Shown: in pieces, positions 17,331 through 26,229 of the stretch
How the letters are laid out: each line of letters opens with the position of its first letter
Position numbering within the stretch: position 1 is the stretch's first letter
Origin: Candidatus Kaiserbacteria bacterium
Lineage (GTDB): Bacteria > Patescibacteriota > Minisyncoccia > Phycocordibacterales > UBA918
Assembly: GCA_016204695.1 (NCBI GenBank)
Contig: JACQKD010000004.1
Location: 251 to 64,250 of the forward strand
DNA: 64,000 bases
Reading direction: 5' to 3'
Program-made: the position numbers and the translations under genes
Notes under the pieces: model-generated
The model's database searches: none
Told to the model about the DNA's origin: nothing
Seen by the model: only the letters and a program-made list of their open reading frames with translations

Positions 17331-17726
17331 AGTACTAAGAAGCTATTGCTTCTTCAGAAACATCCTCTCTAGCCAGAGGATTTTCTGTTTCACTATCTCT
17401 CGTAGAGAGTGGTGGTGCCCAGCTACCATTGAGGTGCTGACACCAAACCATACCCGTTTTCTTGTCGAGGTGACAGTGAGCGAATTGACTGCTCATGTTG
17501 GTTTCTGCTATTTAGTTGTGTAAAGATCGACCCCTCTAAGAAACGAAAAGACTCCACTGGCAGATACTCGCGGTAAAGCAAGTATCAGCCACTAGAGTCT
17601 TTCTCCCACCGTAGAACAACTTTTCGTTTCTAATAATTACCTCACCGCTATGTATCTGCCGCCTCATTGTTTCCGTAGAGGTACATACAGTATGAACTCT
17701 TTAATTTTTTGTGCAAGTGCTTGGTG

Positions 17727-18056
17727 CTAGTTTCCCCCCATTAGTCTACCGTTGAGATATTCGCGGAAAAAGAAACCGAGTCCAAATAATACCACTGTCT
17801 TTGCGTTACTGGTGATTTCCACAAAAAGTTTTTGGAGCGCACGTACCCCTTCGGTGTCAGGGAGTTTGCTTTGTGTTACTCCGGCAATGATAATCAGGAC
17901 AAGAAAGACACATAGGGCGAGTGCCAATACGACCATTAAGCCAATCTGTATCCAATTTTTTGCAGTTTCAAAGCGCTGTGTACGTCTGAAATCCCCTATG
18001 TGGACATCAGGTGTTGACTCGATTGATTGAGGAGGGTTCTTCTTTGTCATAATCAC
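17727..18056 (-). CDS. Small hypothetical membrane protein (one TM helix), low-GC.
   Basis: 109-aa ORF overlapping the upstream 80-aa ORF by 4 nt (coupled). Hydrophobic core 'LMVVLALALCVFLVLIIIAGV'. Confidence 0.4.
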   Translation of the reverse strand: MIMTKKNPPQSIESTPDVHIGDFRRTQRFETAKNWIQIGLMVVLALALCVFLVLIIIAGVTQSKLPDTEGVRALQKLFVEITSNAKTVVLFGLGFFFREYLNGRLMGGN

Positions 18057-18295
18057 AGACGCCGTAAGTCAATTTCATAGCGGCCATTCTTTTTCTCTAT
18101 GGTTATAGTTGTGCCTTCTTTTCCTACATCAATTAGATTGAGTCCTTTCACCAAAACATCACCGAGACGTTCTTCGGGTATACCAAGCTCACGAGCCACC
18201 TTGCGCAATTTTGCTAGTGCCCCATTTCGGAATGTGACACTGAACTCTTGGGGCTCTTGCTCTCGCGCTTCTTCTGTGTTAGCTCTTTCATCCAT
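18053..18295 (-). CDS. Small hypothetical soluble protein (80 aa), low-GC, immediately downstream of the transposase.
   Basis: Acidic N-terminus, then 'FRNGALAKLRKVARELGIPEERLGDVLVKGLNLI'. No recognisable domain. Confidence 0.4.
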   Translation of the reverse strand: MDERANTEEAREQEPQEFSVTFRNGALAKLRKVARELGIPEERLGDVLVKGLNLIDVGKEGTTITIEKKNGRYEIDLRRL

Positions 18296-18343
18296 AATGG
18301 CATGATACTATAGGATGCACTATGAATAAAGCTCATTTCCTCT

Positions 18344-19213
18344 CTATCTTGCGCCGCGTAATACAGCACCAAGCAACACCGCGAACCTCGCGCTGTCGTT
18401 GCCAGAATTGTTCCGATGAAAGACGAAAGCGTCCAAATACGACTGCAAATGCTCCTTCGAAATAGTCTTGTGCGTGCCTGCGATTGAGCGTTTGAGGTGA
18501 GCGAAAAAGGTTTCAATGGTATTTATGTGAATCCTGTCCCACGCGTACTCTTTCTTGCTGTGGTTGACTTTGAGGTGGCGGTACACCTTCGAGGATGACT
18601 TATAAGTAGCGGCATTGTCTGTCATCAGCAGAGCGTCTTTTGATACATGACTTTCAAGGAACGCTTCTATTACGGGTAAACCTGCGTTGGGTACTACTTT
18701 CAGCTTCGCTTTGCCCCCGCGTGAGACTGCACCCATGACAACGCTCTTTGCCGCCATCGCCTCGCTCTGTCGGTGATTGTCCGTGCCTGCGCGAAAGCGG
18801 CCGCCGAAGTACCCCGTGTCCATTTCTACGTCTCCCGTTAGCTTTTCTTTATCCTGTCCGAGCGCAGAGCGTATCTGCTTGTGCATCCGCCACGCGCATT
18901 TGTACGTTACGCCAATCTGCCGTTCCAGTTCTTTGGCGGAGATACCACTTTTGGCGTTTGAGAAGATAAAGAGAGCATAGAACCAGCCCGTGAGGGGAGT
19001 ATCGGACTTGTGGAAGATCGTCCCCGCCGTGGGTGCGATCTGAAAGCGGCATTTTGAGCACTGGTACTGCTTTCGGGCTTTCACACGCCGATACTCGCCC
19101 CCACAGGAGCATTTGCGGCTGTGGAGGGCATCGAATATGAAATCCAAACAAACGTCCTCGGTGGAAAATTGAGCTTTTAAGTCCTTGATTGTGTATTTAT
19201 TGATTCTAGCCAT
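18344..19213 (-). CDS. IS1595-family (ISXO2-like) DDE transposase.
   Basis: N-terminal zinc-ribbon 'CSCGGEY...CSKCRFQ' followed by the IS1595-type DDE catalytic domain ('GDVEMDTGYFGG', 'LMTDNAATYKS', 'HINTIETFFAHLKRSI'). Confidence 0.8.
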   Translation of the reverse strand: MARINKYTIKDLKAQFSTEDVCLDFIFDALHSRKCSCGGEYRRVKARKQYQCSKCRFQIAPTAGTIFHKSDTPLTGWFYALFIFSNAKSGISAKELERQIGVTYKCAWRMHKQIRSALGQDKEKLTGDVEMDTGYFGGRFRAGTDNHRQSEAMAAKSVVMGAVSRGGKAKLKVVPNAGLPVIEAFLESHVSKDALLMTDNAATYKSSSKVYRHLKVNHSKKEYAWDRIHINTIETFFAHLKRSIAGTHKTISKEHLQSYLDAFVFHRNNSGNDSARFAVLLGAVLRGAR

Positions 19214-19299
19214 ATACCTACAGTATAGACCATAGGATTATGTTGTCAAGGGATAGGCATGTAGTTATCCCCACACAGCAGTGTAGAGGATCAGAGGGA

Positions 19300-20181
19300 T
19301 TATTTGGTAAATCTAAAGCTGGAGAGTATTTCGTTCAAAAGAGAATCATAGACACTATCTTTTGATGCGTCATATTCAACCATAGAAAAAAATATCCATG
19401 TAGCATGGTCTTTTTCATAAATTGTAGCAGTCCGATAATTTTGAGACGCTCGTGCCCACCCGGTGTATGAAATTTTGATCGCCGGACTCCCATCAAGCAG
19501 TATGGATTCTTCTTTGAAATCATCGTTGTGGATACTTGATGCCTTCTCGTCATTAACGAGTTCTTCAATAGTAAAATTTCTTCCTTTCTCCCTTGAATAG
19601 TAGAATGCTCCATGGAGGATAGAAAGTTTACTAAGGAAATCCGGTGACTGAAAATCTACTCTTGTTCCTCCACTATCTGAATACTCAGGGGTCACACTCC
19701 AATCAAGGGGATGTTGCATTGAAAATCCCATCTGTTGATTTTGATACGTCTTCCAGTCGGCGGAAGTGGCAGATTGCGTGACAGGTTTTGCGGTCGGTAC
19801 CCAGCCGTTTTCAAAACCTTCGGGGCAGAGATAGTCGCACATCTCGAAATCGCATACTTTTTTGGTTTCTTGCTCGCATGTCTCCTTGGAGCGCCATCTG
19901 TTTTTGCCTTCTCCCGGGCATGCCGCAAACTCGCATTTTGGTCCGGTACGTCCGACGTAGGTTCCGTCCGGACATTGTTTCGCTTCTTGTGTACACGCTG
20001 TTTCTTCCGGTGCTGAAGGGGGAGCGGGGGCCGTATCGGCGTAGTCCGGCATCTGACTCTGTGTATACACATACCCGCCGACTCCTGCGGCGATGATGAG
20101 CGTCACGATGATCCCGAAGGTCGAACTAATCGCACCTCTGTGGTGTACGCGAGCATCTTGCATTGTCTCTAATCCTATCAC
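19300..20181 (-). CDS. Hypothetical membrane-anchored extracytoplasmic protein with a Cys-rich segment.
   Basis: N-terminal TM helix 'FGIIVTLIIAAGVGG', then a 10-Cys region (CTQEAKQCPDG...CEFAACPG...CDFEMCDYLCPEG) and a ~170-aa C-terminal domain. Its start overlaps the cysS stop (ATGA). Confidence 0.5.
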   Translation of the reverse strand: MIGLETMQDARVHHRGAISSTFGIIVTLIIAAGVGGYVYTQSQMPDYADTAPAPPSAPEETACTQEAKQCPDGTYVGRTGPKCEFAACPGEGKNRWRSKETCEQETKKVCDFEMCDYLCPEGFENGWVPTAKPVTQSATSADWKTYQNQQMGFSMQHPLDWSVTPEYSDSGGTRVDFQSPDFLSKLSILHGAFYYSREKGRNFTIEELVNDEKASSIHNDDFKEESILLDGSPAIKISYTGWARASQNYRTATIYEKDHATWIFFSMVEYDASKDSVYDSLLNEILSSFRFTK

Positions 20182-21674
20182 GCCTTCGTGACGCGCACGC
20201 CCTTGGGAGTGTCTTCGACGAGGTAGCCCTTGAGGTTGATGGCCTCACGCAATGCGTCCGCGCCGTCCCAATCTTTTCGCTTTCGGGCATGCTCCCGTTC
20301 GGAGAGAAGCTTTTGTACTTCGTCGGGTAAATCGCTCACTTCGATGACGTTCAGGGAGCGCATTTCATTTTCGGAGATATCGCTGACACGCAGACCAAAT
20401 ACGGCGTCGAAATGTTTGATGGTTGCGGCTTTGTCGGGAAGCGGATACTTGGTGTCCTTCACGAGCTCCCAGATCAGGGCGAGTGCTCGAGGCGTGTCGA
20501 GATTGTTATTGATGGCGTGGTGAAATTGCTCGCGGTACGATTCGATCACCACTCCGTCCGCACAGGTGCCGCCGGACTCCCTTGCGCATCCTTCGACGAC
20601 AAACCGCTTCAGCCGAAAGAGCGCCTGTTTCGCGCCGTCGAGCGCCTCGAAGGTAAAGTTCATGGGCGATTTGTAGTGGCCGGTCAGGAGCCAATAGCGA
20701 TACTCGAGCGGGGAGTAGCCGCGGTCGCGGAGCTGGCGAAGCGTAATGCCGTTGCGGAGTGATTTCGATATCTTGGTGGCGTCTATTGTAATAAATTCGC
20801 CATGCATCCAATAGCGCACATAGGGCGATTTGCCGGTTGCGGATTCCGCTTGCGCGATTTCGCCGTTGTGATGCGTCGCGATATGGTCGATACCTCCGGT
20901 GTGGATATCGATCTGCTTGCCGAGCGTGGCAAACGCCATTGCGGTGCATTCGATATGCCAGCCGGGGAATCCCTTGCCCCATACACTGTCCCAGCCGAGC
21001 TCGCCGAATTTCCAGAGCGCAAAGTCGGCAGGATGCTTTTTTTCGGGGTTTGTCTCGATGCGCGCGCCCTCTTTCTGCGCCGCAAGGTTGATGTTGCCGA
21101 GCCGTCCGTACGCGGGGAAGCGCGAAATATCGAAATAAATGCCGTCGCGTGTCCGGTAGGTATAGCCCTTCTCGACGAGCGTGCGAATCAGGGCGATCTG
21201 TTCGCCGACATAGTCGCTTGCGCGCGTGTACTGCGAGGGTGGCAGATTGCCGATCGCATCCATGTCTTCCTTGAATGCTTCGGCAAATACGCTTGTGACT
21301 GCGCGCATATTCTCAAGATTGATCGGCTTGCCGGAACGTTGCAGTGCGAGCATGACTTTGTCCTCGCCCGCGTCCGCATCGTCGGTGAGATGTCCGAAGT
21401 CGGTGATGTTGATGGTGTGATTTACCGCAAAGCCGTTGTATCCGAGCGTACGTTTCAGAATATCGGCGAAGACATATGCGCGCATGTTGCCGATATGCAC
21501 GTAGTCGTAGACGGTCGGCCCGCAGGTGTACATGGTCACGCTCGAAGAGTTGCGCGGCTCGAAGTGTTCCGTAAGGTCCGAAAGGGTATTGCAGAGAAAG
21601 AGTGGCAGGGACGGCGTTTGGGACCGCTGTTTCTGTTTTGTGTCGCGTCCCGCCCGGGACAAAAATGCTACCAT
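20178..21674 (-). CDS. cysS: Cysteine--tRNA ligase.
   Basis: 'MYTCGPTVYDYVHIGN' (HIGH), 'FPGWHIECTAMA', 'KISKSLRN' (KMSKS). The N-terminal ~45 aa of the ORF may be upstream of the true start. Confidence 0.9.
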   Translation of the reverse strand: MVAFLSRAGRDTKQKQRSQTPSLPLFLCNTLSDLTEHFEPRNSSSVTMYTCGPTVYDYVHIGNMRAYVFADILKRTLGYNGFAVNHTINITDFGHLTDDADAGEDKVMLALQRSGKPINLENMRAVTSVFAEAFKEDMDAIGNLPPSQYTRASDYVGEQIALIRTLVEKGYTYRTRDGIYFDISRFPAYGRLGNINLAAQKEGARIETNPEKKHPADFALWKFGELGWDSVWGKGFPGWHIECTAMAFATLGKQIDIHTGGIDHIATHHNGEIAQAESATGKSPYVRYWMHGEFITIDATKISKSLRNGITLRQLRDRGYSPLEYRYWLLTGHYKSPMNFTFEALDGAKQALFRLKRFVVEGCARESGGTCADGVVIESYREQFHHAINNNLDTPRALALIWELVKDTKYPLPDKAATIKHFDAVFGLRVSDISENEMRSLNVIEVSDLPDEVQKLLSEREHARKRKDWDGADALREAINLKGYLVEDTPKGVRVTKA

Positions 21675-21755
21675 ATGGCATCAGCATACTCCTCCGACAA
21701 GCGAGAGGCAAAACAAAGTACCAGGCGTTCTCATGTTGTTTGAGCGCGGTCGGTT

Positions 21756-22664
21756 TTACATCCAGTGCTTGTGTCTGAAAAATGCAAAAAGGACGGTCGC
21801 GGCGACGACCATAATACCGATCACGATCCAAAAATCGCCGCGGGTGCCGGCCAGAGGCAGGGTCGTATTCATGCCGAAAATGGACGAAAGCAGAGCAAGC
21901 GGAAACGTAACGGAGGCCAGAATCGTGAGCGTCTTCATGATCTCATTTTGTTTGGTCGTGAGCAGGGTGTTGTTGGTCTCGCGCAATTCGATGCCGGTCG
22001 CCGCGAGTGTTGAGAGATACTGCGTCAGGTGCGCGAATGCGCGATCGAACGTGTCGAGGGAAGCGGCAAACGATGCCCCGAACAGTGCGCCGAAATGGGT
22101 TTTGGCTTGTTCAAGCACGTACTCGTGCCCGACGAGCGTCTGCCGGAACATGATGAGCCGCTGACTCATCTGCGACAGATCAAGCACCATTTCCTTCTCG
22201 CGTCCGCTCACTATTTCTTCTTCGATGTCGACGAGGCGCGCTTCTATGTAGTCAAGCTTCTGCGACAACGCTCCGTACAGCGCGTTCATGACCGCGAGGA
22301 ACAGGTGCCCTCCGTGCAGGCGCTTGCGTGTTTTTTGCAGGGTGGCCACCACCTCGAACTCTTTTGCGAACTGATGAAGCGCGGCGATGTCCGCGTAGCG
22401 CACCGTAATCAGGGCATTCTTGGTGACGATGAATTTCATTTCCTGGGGGAACTCCCGCTGGGAGAGTTTGACGACCGGGAAATCGAGGGTGATCTTGACG
22501 GCGCCCGGCACACTGACGACATCCGCTCGCCGTGTGGGTACGGCGAGGTCGGTGACGAGTCCCGGATCGATTGCGTATTCCTCCATCAGCTCGCGGATCT
22601 CTTCCGCCGTCGGTTCGAGGACGTCAATCCATGCGGTATTGTCCTGTAGATAGCGGACAATCAT
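21756..22664 (-). CDS. corA: Magnesium/cobalt transporter CorA.
   Basis: C-terminal 'FPLALLSSIFGMNTTLP' GMN motif and two TM helices. Start taken at 'MIVRYLQDN'. Confidence 0.85.
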   Translation of the reverse strand: MIVRYLQDNTAWIDVLEPTAEEIRELMEEYAIDPGLVTDLAVPTRRADVVSVPGAVKITLDFPVVKLSQREFPQEMKFIVTKNALITVRYADIAALHQFAKEFEVVATLQKTRKRLHGGHLFLAVMNALYGALSQKLDYIEARLVDIEEEIVSGREKEMVLDLSQMSQRLIMFRQTLVGHEYVLEQAKTHFGALFGASFAASLDTFDRAFAHLTQYLSTLAATGIELRETNNTLLTTKQNEIMKTLTILASVTFPLALLSSIFGMNTTLPLAGTRGDFWIVIGIMVVAATVLFAFFRHKHWM

Positions 22665-22788
22665 AGGTTCTGACCTTCTTCGCAGTGTAGCATGCCTGTC
22701 TCGCATCGTTATGGGCATGGTGTAGATTATTTCGATTTGTATGCGTCATCTGTGGATTGTGTTTGACGTCTGTGGCATAATGCACAGC

Positions 22789-24048
22789 ATGGAACAAGAC
22801 AAGACGGCACACGGTCGGCACAAAGCGTGGAAATCTCCGTCCGCATTTTCCTTGGTTGGCATGGGACTCGCGGTCGTATTTGTTGCGGCGGCTTTTTTCT
22901 CGGGTGTGCACGTGGGCTCCGACATGCGTCTCGGTACGAGCGTCAATTCGCTCTTTGCGGCGTCGGAAGCGGAACAGACCGTCGATCTCGGACGTTTTTG
23001 GGCGGTATGGAAAATACTCAATGAGCGGTTCGTGTCGGCGAGTTCGACCGACCCGCTCTCGGAAGAAGACCGCATCAACGGGGCGATTCAGGGTCTTGTC
23101 AACGCATATGGCGACCCGTACACCGTCTATTTCCTCCCGGAAGACGCGGCGCTTTTCCAGGAAGACGTGTCGGGGAATTTTCAGGGTGTGGGCATGGAGG
23201 TCGGCTCGCGCGACGACGTGCTGACGGTCATCGCTCCGCTTCCGAACACCCCTGCGGAAAAAGCGGGCATCCGCTCCGGCGACAAAATCATCCGCATCGA
23301 CGGCGATTCGACGGAGAACATGAGCGTGGACGCGGCGGTCAAGCGCATTCGCGGAGAGAAGGGAACCGAAGTGACATTCACCATCTTGCGAAAAGGAGAA
23401 GGTGAATTGCGTGAGATTGCCGTGGTGCGCGACACGATCAATATTCCGACAGTCAAGACCGAGACGCGCGGCGATACGTTCATCATTCGTCTTTTCAACT
23501 TCTCTGCCATCTCCGAGGCGAAGTTCGGGGAGGCGATCCGGGAGTACGTGCGTAGCGACAAAACGAAACTCATCCTCGATCTGCGCGGCAATCCGGGCGG
23601 ATATCTCGAAAGTGCCGTGTCGATCGCGAGCTACTTCCTGCCGACCGGCAAGGTGATAGTGCGCGAAAGTTTCGGAGAAGGTGTCGATGAAAAAGTGCAC
23701 CGTAGCACCGGGCGTCTCTTGGGCAAGCACGCGCCGGAACAGATGGTGGTGCTTGTCGACGGCGGTTCGGCGTCGGCGTCCGAGATCCTTGCCGGAGCGC
23801 TCTCCGAGCACAATGTCGCAACACTCATCGGCACCGATACGTTCGGCAAGGGTTCGGTGCAGGAACTTCTTGATCTCGATGACGGATCGTCACTGAAAGT
23901 CACGATCGCGCGCTGGCTTACGCCCGACGGCAATTCGATCTCGGCCGGGGGCTTGAAACCCGACGTGAAGGTCGAAGTAACCGCCGAACAGCAGGAAAAG
24001 GGCGAAGATCCTCAGCTCGAAGCCGCGATTGACTACCTCGACAAGTGA
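22789..24048 (+). CDS. Carboxyl-terminal processing protease (S41 family) with a PDZ domain.
   Basis: N-terminal TM anchor, PDZ 'GIRSGDKIIRIDG', and 'LDLRGNPGGYLESAV...GSASASEILAGAL...GTDTFGKGSVQ' with catalytic Ser/Lys. Confidence 0.85.
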   Translation: MEQDKTAHGRHKAWKSPSAFSLVGMGLAVVFVAAAFFSGVHVGSDMRLGTSVNSLFAASEAEQTVDLGRFWAVWKILNERFVSASSTDPLSEEDRINGAIQGLVNAYGDPYTVYFLPEDAALFQEDVSGNFQGVGMEVGSRDDVLTVIAPLPNTPAEKAGIRSGDKIIRIDGDSTENMSVDAAVKRIRGEKGTEVTFTILRKGEGELREIAVVRDTINIPTVKTETRGDTFIIRLFNFSAISEAKFGEAIREYVRSDKTKLILDLRGNPGGYLESAVSIASYFLPTGKVIVRESFGEGVDEKVHRSTGRLLGKHAPEQMVVLVDGGSASASEILAGALSEHNVATLIGTDTFGKGSVQELLDLDDGSSLKVTIARWLTPDGNSISAGGLKPDVKVEVTAEQQEKGEDPQLEAAIDYLDK

Positions 24049-24127
24049 TCGCTTGTCTCCGGAGTGAAGGGGGTTTTGACCAATATTTGAAATAGGAAGA
24101 TTCTTCCATTATACTGCGGTGCGAAGT

Positions 24128-24571
24128 ATGAAAGTTATCCTTCTGGCGGATGTTGCCCGGGTAGGGCGCAAGCACGAGCTTGTCGAGGTGCCCGACGGGC
24201 ACGCTCACAATTATCTTATTCCGCGCAAGCTCGCTCTGCCGGCGACACCGCAGAACCTCGCACGGCAGACGGAACACAACGCTCGTGTCGAGGCCGAAGC
24301 GGCCGCGGGCGAATCCGCCTTCTCGGCCTTACTCGAACGATTCAAGGATGCGCCGCTTGTCATCAATGCTCCGGCAAACGACCACGGTCATCTTTTCAAG
24401 GGCTTGCGGGCGGAAGATGTGGCGAAAGAAATCAATGCGAGCGCGGGCATTGCGCTTTCGCCCTCGGCTATAGCGCTCGAACGTCCGATCAAGCAGATCG
24501 GCGAACATACCATCACTGTCGTGTCGGGCGGACGAGAGGGAACCATACCGATAATCGTACAAACAACATGA
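24128..24571 (+). CDS. rplI: 50S ribosomal protein L9.
   Basis: 'MKVILLADVARVGRKHELVEVPDGHAHNYLIPRKLA' is the bL9 N-terminal signature. Confidence 0.85.
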   Translation: MKVILLADVARVGRKHELVEVPDGHAHNYLIPRKLALPATPQNLARQTEHNARVEAEAAAGESAFSALLERFKDAPLVINAPANDHGHLFKGLRAEDVAKEINASAGIALSPSAIALERPIKQIGEHTITVVSGGREGTIPIIVQTT

Positions 24572-25323
24572 CCGCAAGTCCGAAATCAGTGATCGTCGCG
24601 ATCCTCATTACCGCCGTTCTCATCGGCGGTCTCGCCGCGTGGGTCGGATACCGCAAAGGAGAACTGACTCTTTTTACTCGCGAGTATGTGGCGGATCATG
24701 AGTTCCCGAAGGCGCTTCCCGAACCGGGGACGCAAGCGGAGCAGGGAAGGGAAGACACCGATCAAACTACAAGTCAATCAACAACAACCCCTATGGCGGA
24801 AAAAACAGCTACGCACAATCCCACGGTGACATTGCACACGAGCCACGGAGATATCGTGCTCGAATTGTATGCGGATGTGATGCCGATCACGGTGGGCAAT
24901 TTCCTCGCGCTCGCCGAAAAGGACTTCTATGACAATACCAAGTTTCATCGGGTGATTGACGGGTTCATGATCCAGGGAGGCGACCCGAACTCGAAGACCG
25001 ACAAGGCGGAAACATACGGCACGGGTGGTCCGGGGTACGCGATCAAAGACGAGTTTGTCTCCGATCCGCGACTCACCAATGTGCGGGGCACGATCGCGAT
25101 GGCCAATGCCGGACCCGAGACCGGCGGCAGTCAGTTTTTTATAAATCTTGTGGACAATACGGGGCTTGATTTCGATAAACCGCCCGAGACCTCGTCGCAT
25201 CCGGTGTTTGGCAAGGTGATCGCCGGCCTGGATGTCGTCGACAAGATCGCGAAGGTCCCGACAAACAGTCGCGATCTGCCGCTTGAGCCGGTGGTAGTCC
25301 AGGACGTAGCGGTTGCTAAATAA
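24568..25323 (+). CDS. Cyclophilin-type peptidyl-prolyl cis-trans isomerase, membrane-anchored.
   Basis: N-terminal TM 'VIVAILITAVLIGGLAAWV'. 'FHRVIDGFMIQGGDP', 'GTIAMANAGPETGGSQFFI' and 'HPVFGKVIAGLDVVDKI' are cyclophilin blocks. ATGA overlap with rplI. Confidence 0.85.
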   Translation: MTASPKSVIVAILITAVLIGGLAAWVGYRKGELTLFTREYVADHEFPKALPEPGTQAEQGREDTDQTTSQSTTTPMAEKTATHNPTVTLHTSHGDIVLELYADVMPITVGNFLALAEKDFYDNTKFHRVIDGFMIQGGDPNSKTDKAETYGTGGPGYAIKDEFVSDPRLTNVRGTIAMANAGPETGGSQFFINLVDNTGLDFDKPPETSSHPVFGKVIAGLDVVDKIAKVPTNSRDLPLEPVVVQDVAVAK

Positions 25324-25376
25324 ATGAGTGTCAAGAAGGGGGGAGAAGGGCAGATATAAGACATGGAGGAAAACAA

Positions 25377-25408
25377 ATCACCCGGCGGCCGAAAGGCCGC
25401 CGGGTGAT
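25377..25408. terminator. Bidirectional intrinsic terminator between convergent ppiB-like and rpmA.
   Basis: ATCACCCGGCGGCC-GAAA-GGCCGCCGGGTGAT: a 14-bp perfect stem with a GAAA tetraloop, and A/T tracts on both sides. Confidence 0.7.
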
Positions 25409-25431
25409 TGTCTCGCTATCGTACCCCTGTA

Positions 25432-25716
25432 TTATTTTCCTCCTCCAACGATGTGTACGATCTTTTTTGCGACGATGGTTCCGTCAAAATGCGTTCTGCG
25501 CACGTTCCGAAACGAGACGACGCCGGGCTCTGTTGCGAAGAGGGTATGATCGCGTCCGACTCGCACGTTTTTCCCGGGCACGATGCGAGTGCCGCGCTGG
25601 CGCACGAGAATCTCCCCGGCTTTCACCGTCACGCCATCCGCGCGCTTTACTCCGAGGTATTTCGGCCCTGAATCTCGAAGGTTTTTTGCTGACCCGCCTG
25701 CTTTTTTAGTAGACAT
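25432..25716 (-). CDS. rpmA: 50S ribosomal protein L27.
   Basis: '[58 protein letters not shown]' is the bL27 signature. Confidence 0.9.
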   Translation of the reverse strand: MSTKKAGGSAKNLRDSGPKYLGVKRADGVTVKAGEILVRQRGTRIVPGKNVRVGRDHTLFATEPGVVSFRNVRRTHFDGTIVAKKIVHIVGGGK

Positions 25717-25737
25717 ATCCTATACTGTAGAGACGAT

Positions 25738-26226
25738 ATGGGTGCCACTATACGGGAATGGACGCAAAAAGGCAAGTCACTGCTTACGCATCTGCTCGCG
25801 GGCGGGGCTTCCGATCGAGGTCTCTTTCCCGCACTACTTCTGGTCACTGTAGGTCTTGTATCATTCGGACTCGGTCGTCTCTCGGTCGAGACCGGACCCG
25901 CGGATAGGGGAGGGTCATTGCTGTCCGCCACGGCGGCGGCGGAAGACGGTACGTCTGTCGCCACCGGGCGGAGCGGTCCAGCTGGAGGCGTGGGAGAAGC
26001 GGATACAAGAGAATCGGACATCCGTACTGTCGGTAGTGCGGATGAAACGTCCTCTTCTCCGGCATCTGAAAAGCGCTATGTGGGGTCAAAAAATGGCAGT
26101 AAGTATCACCTGCCGTGGTGCTCGGGCGCCGCACGCATAGCCGAAGAAAACAAAATATGGTTTTCTTCGAAAGAAGAAGCGGAGGCGGCCGGATATACTC
26201 CTGCCGCGAATTGCAAAGGCATTTGA
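25738..26226 (+). CDS. Hypothetical membrane-anchored protein with a C-terminal Ada-like metal-binding-type motif.
   Basis: TM helix, disordered Ser/Gly/Ala linker, then 'KYHLPWCSGAARIAEENKIWFSSKEEAEAAGYTPAANC'. This resembles the x-C-x(n)-N-x-x-F-x-S-x-x-EA-x-x-AG[YF]-x-P-x-C pattern of the Ada N-terminal Zn domain, with fewer Cys. Resemblance only. Confidence 0.4.
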   Translation: MGATIREWTQKGKSLLTHLLAGGASDRGLFPALLLVTVGLVSFGLGRLSVETGPADRGGSLLSATAAAEDGTSVATGRSGPAGGVGEADTRESDIRTVGSADETSSSPASEKRYVGSKNGSKYHLPWCSGAARIAEENKIWFSSKEEAEAAGYTPAANCKGI

Positions 26227-26229
26227 CAT

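Larger units (their letters stand above)
17194..19271. mobile_element. Putative IS1595-family element with cargo, bounded by a 14-bp direct repeat.
   Basis: GCATGTAGTTATCC occurs at 17194-17207 and 19258-19271 in the same orientation, bracketing the transposase, the two small ORFs and the low-GC structured region. Clean terminal inverted repeats could not be identified by eye. Confidence 0.35.

Noticed and set aside
17320-17523. 67-aa ORF in the structured region.
   Set aside because: No RBS, odd composition (Cys/Phe/Trp-rich), and embedded in hairpins. More likely non-coding.
18296-19290. Terminal inverted repeats for the IS1595-family transposase.
   Set aside because: Comparing ~50 nt on each side of the transposase gene I found only short direct matches (CTATAGGAT / CATAGGAT, GGCATG), not a convincing inverted pair. 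I therefore do not call precise IS ends.
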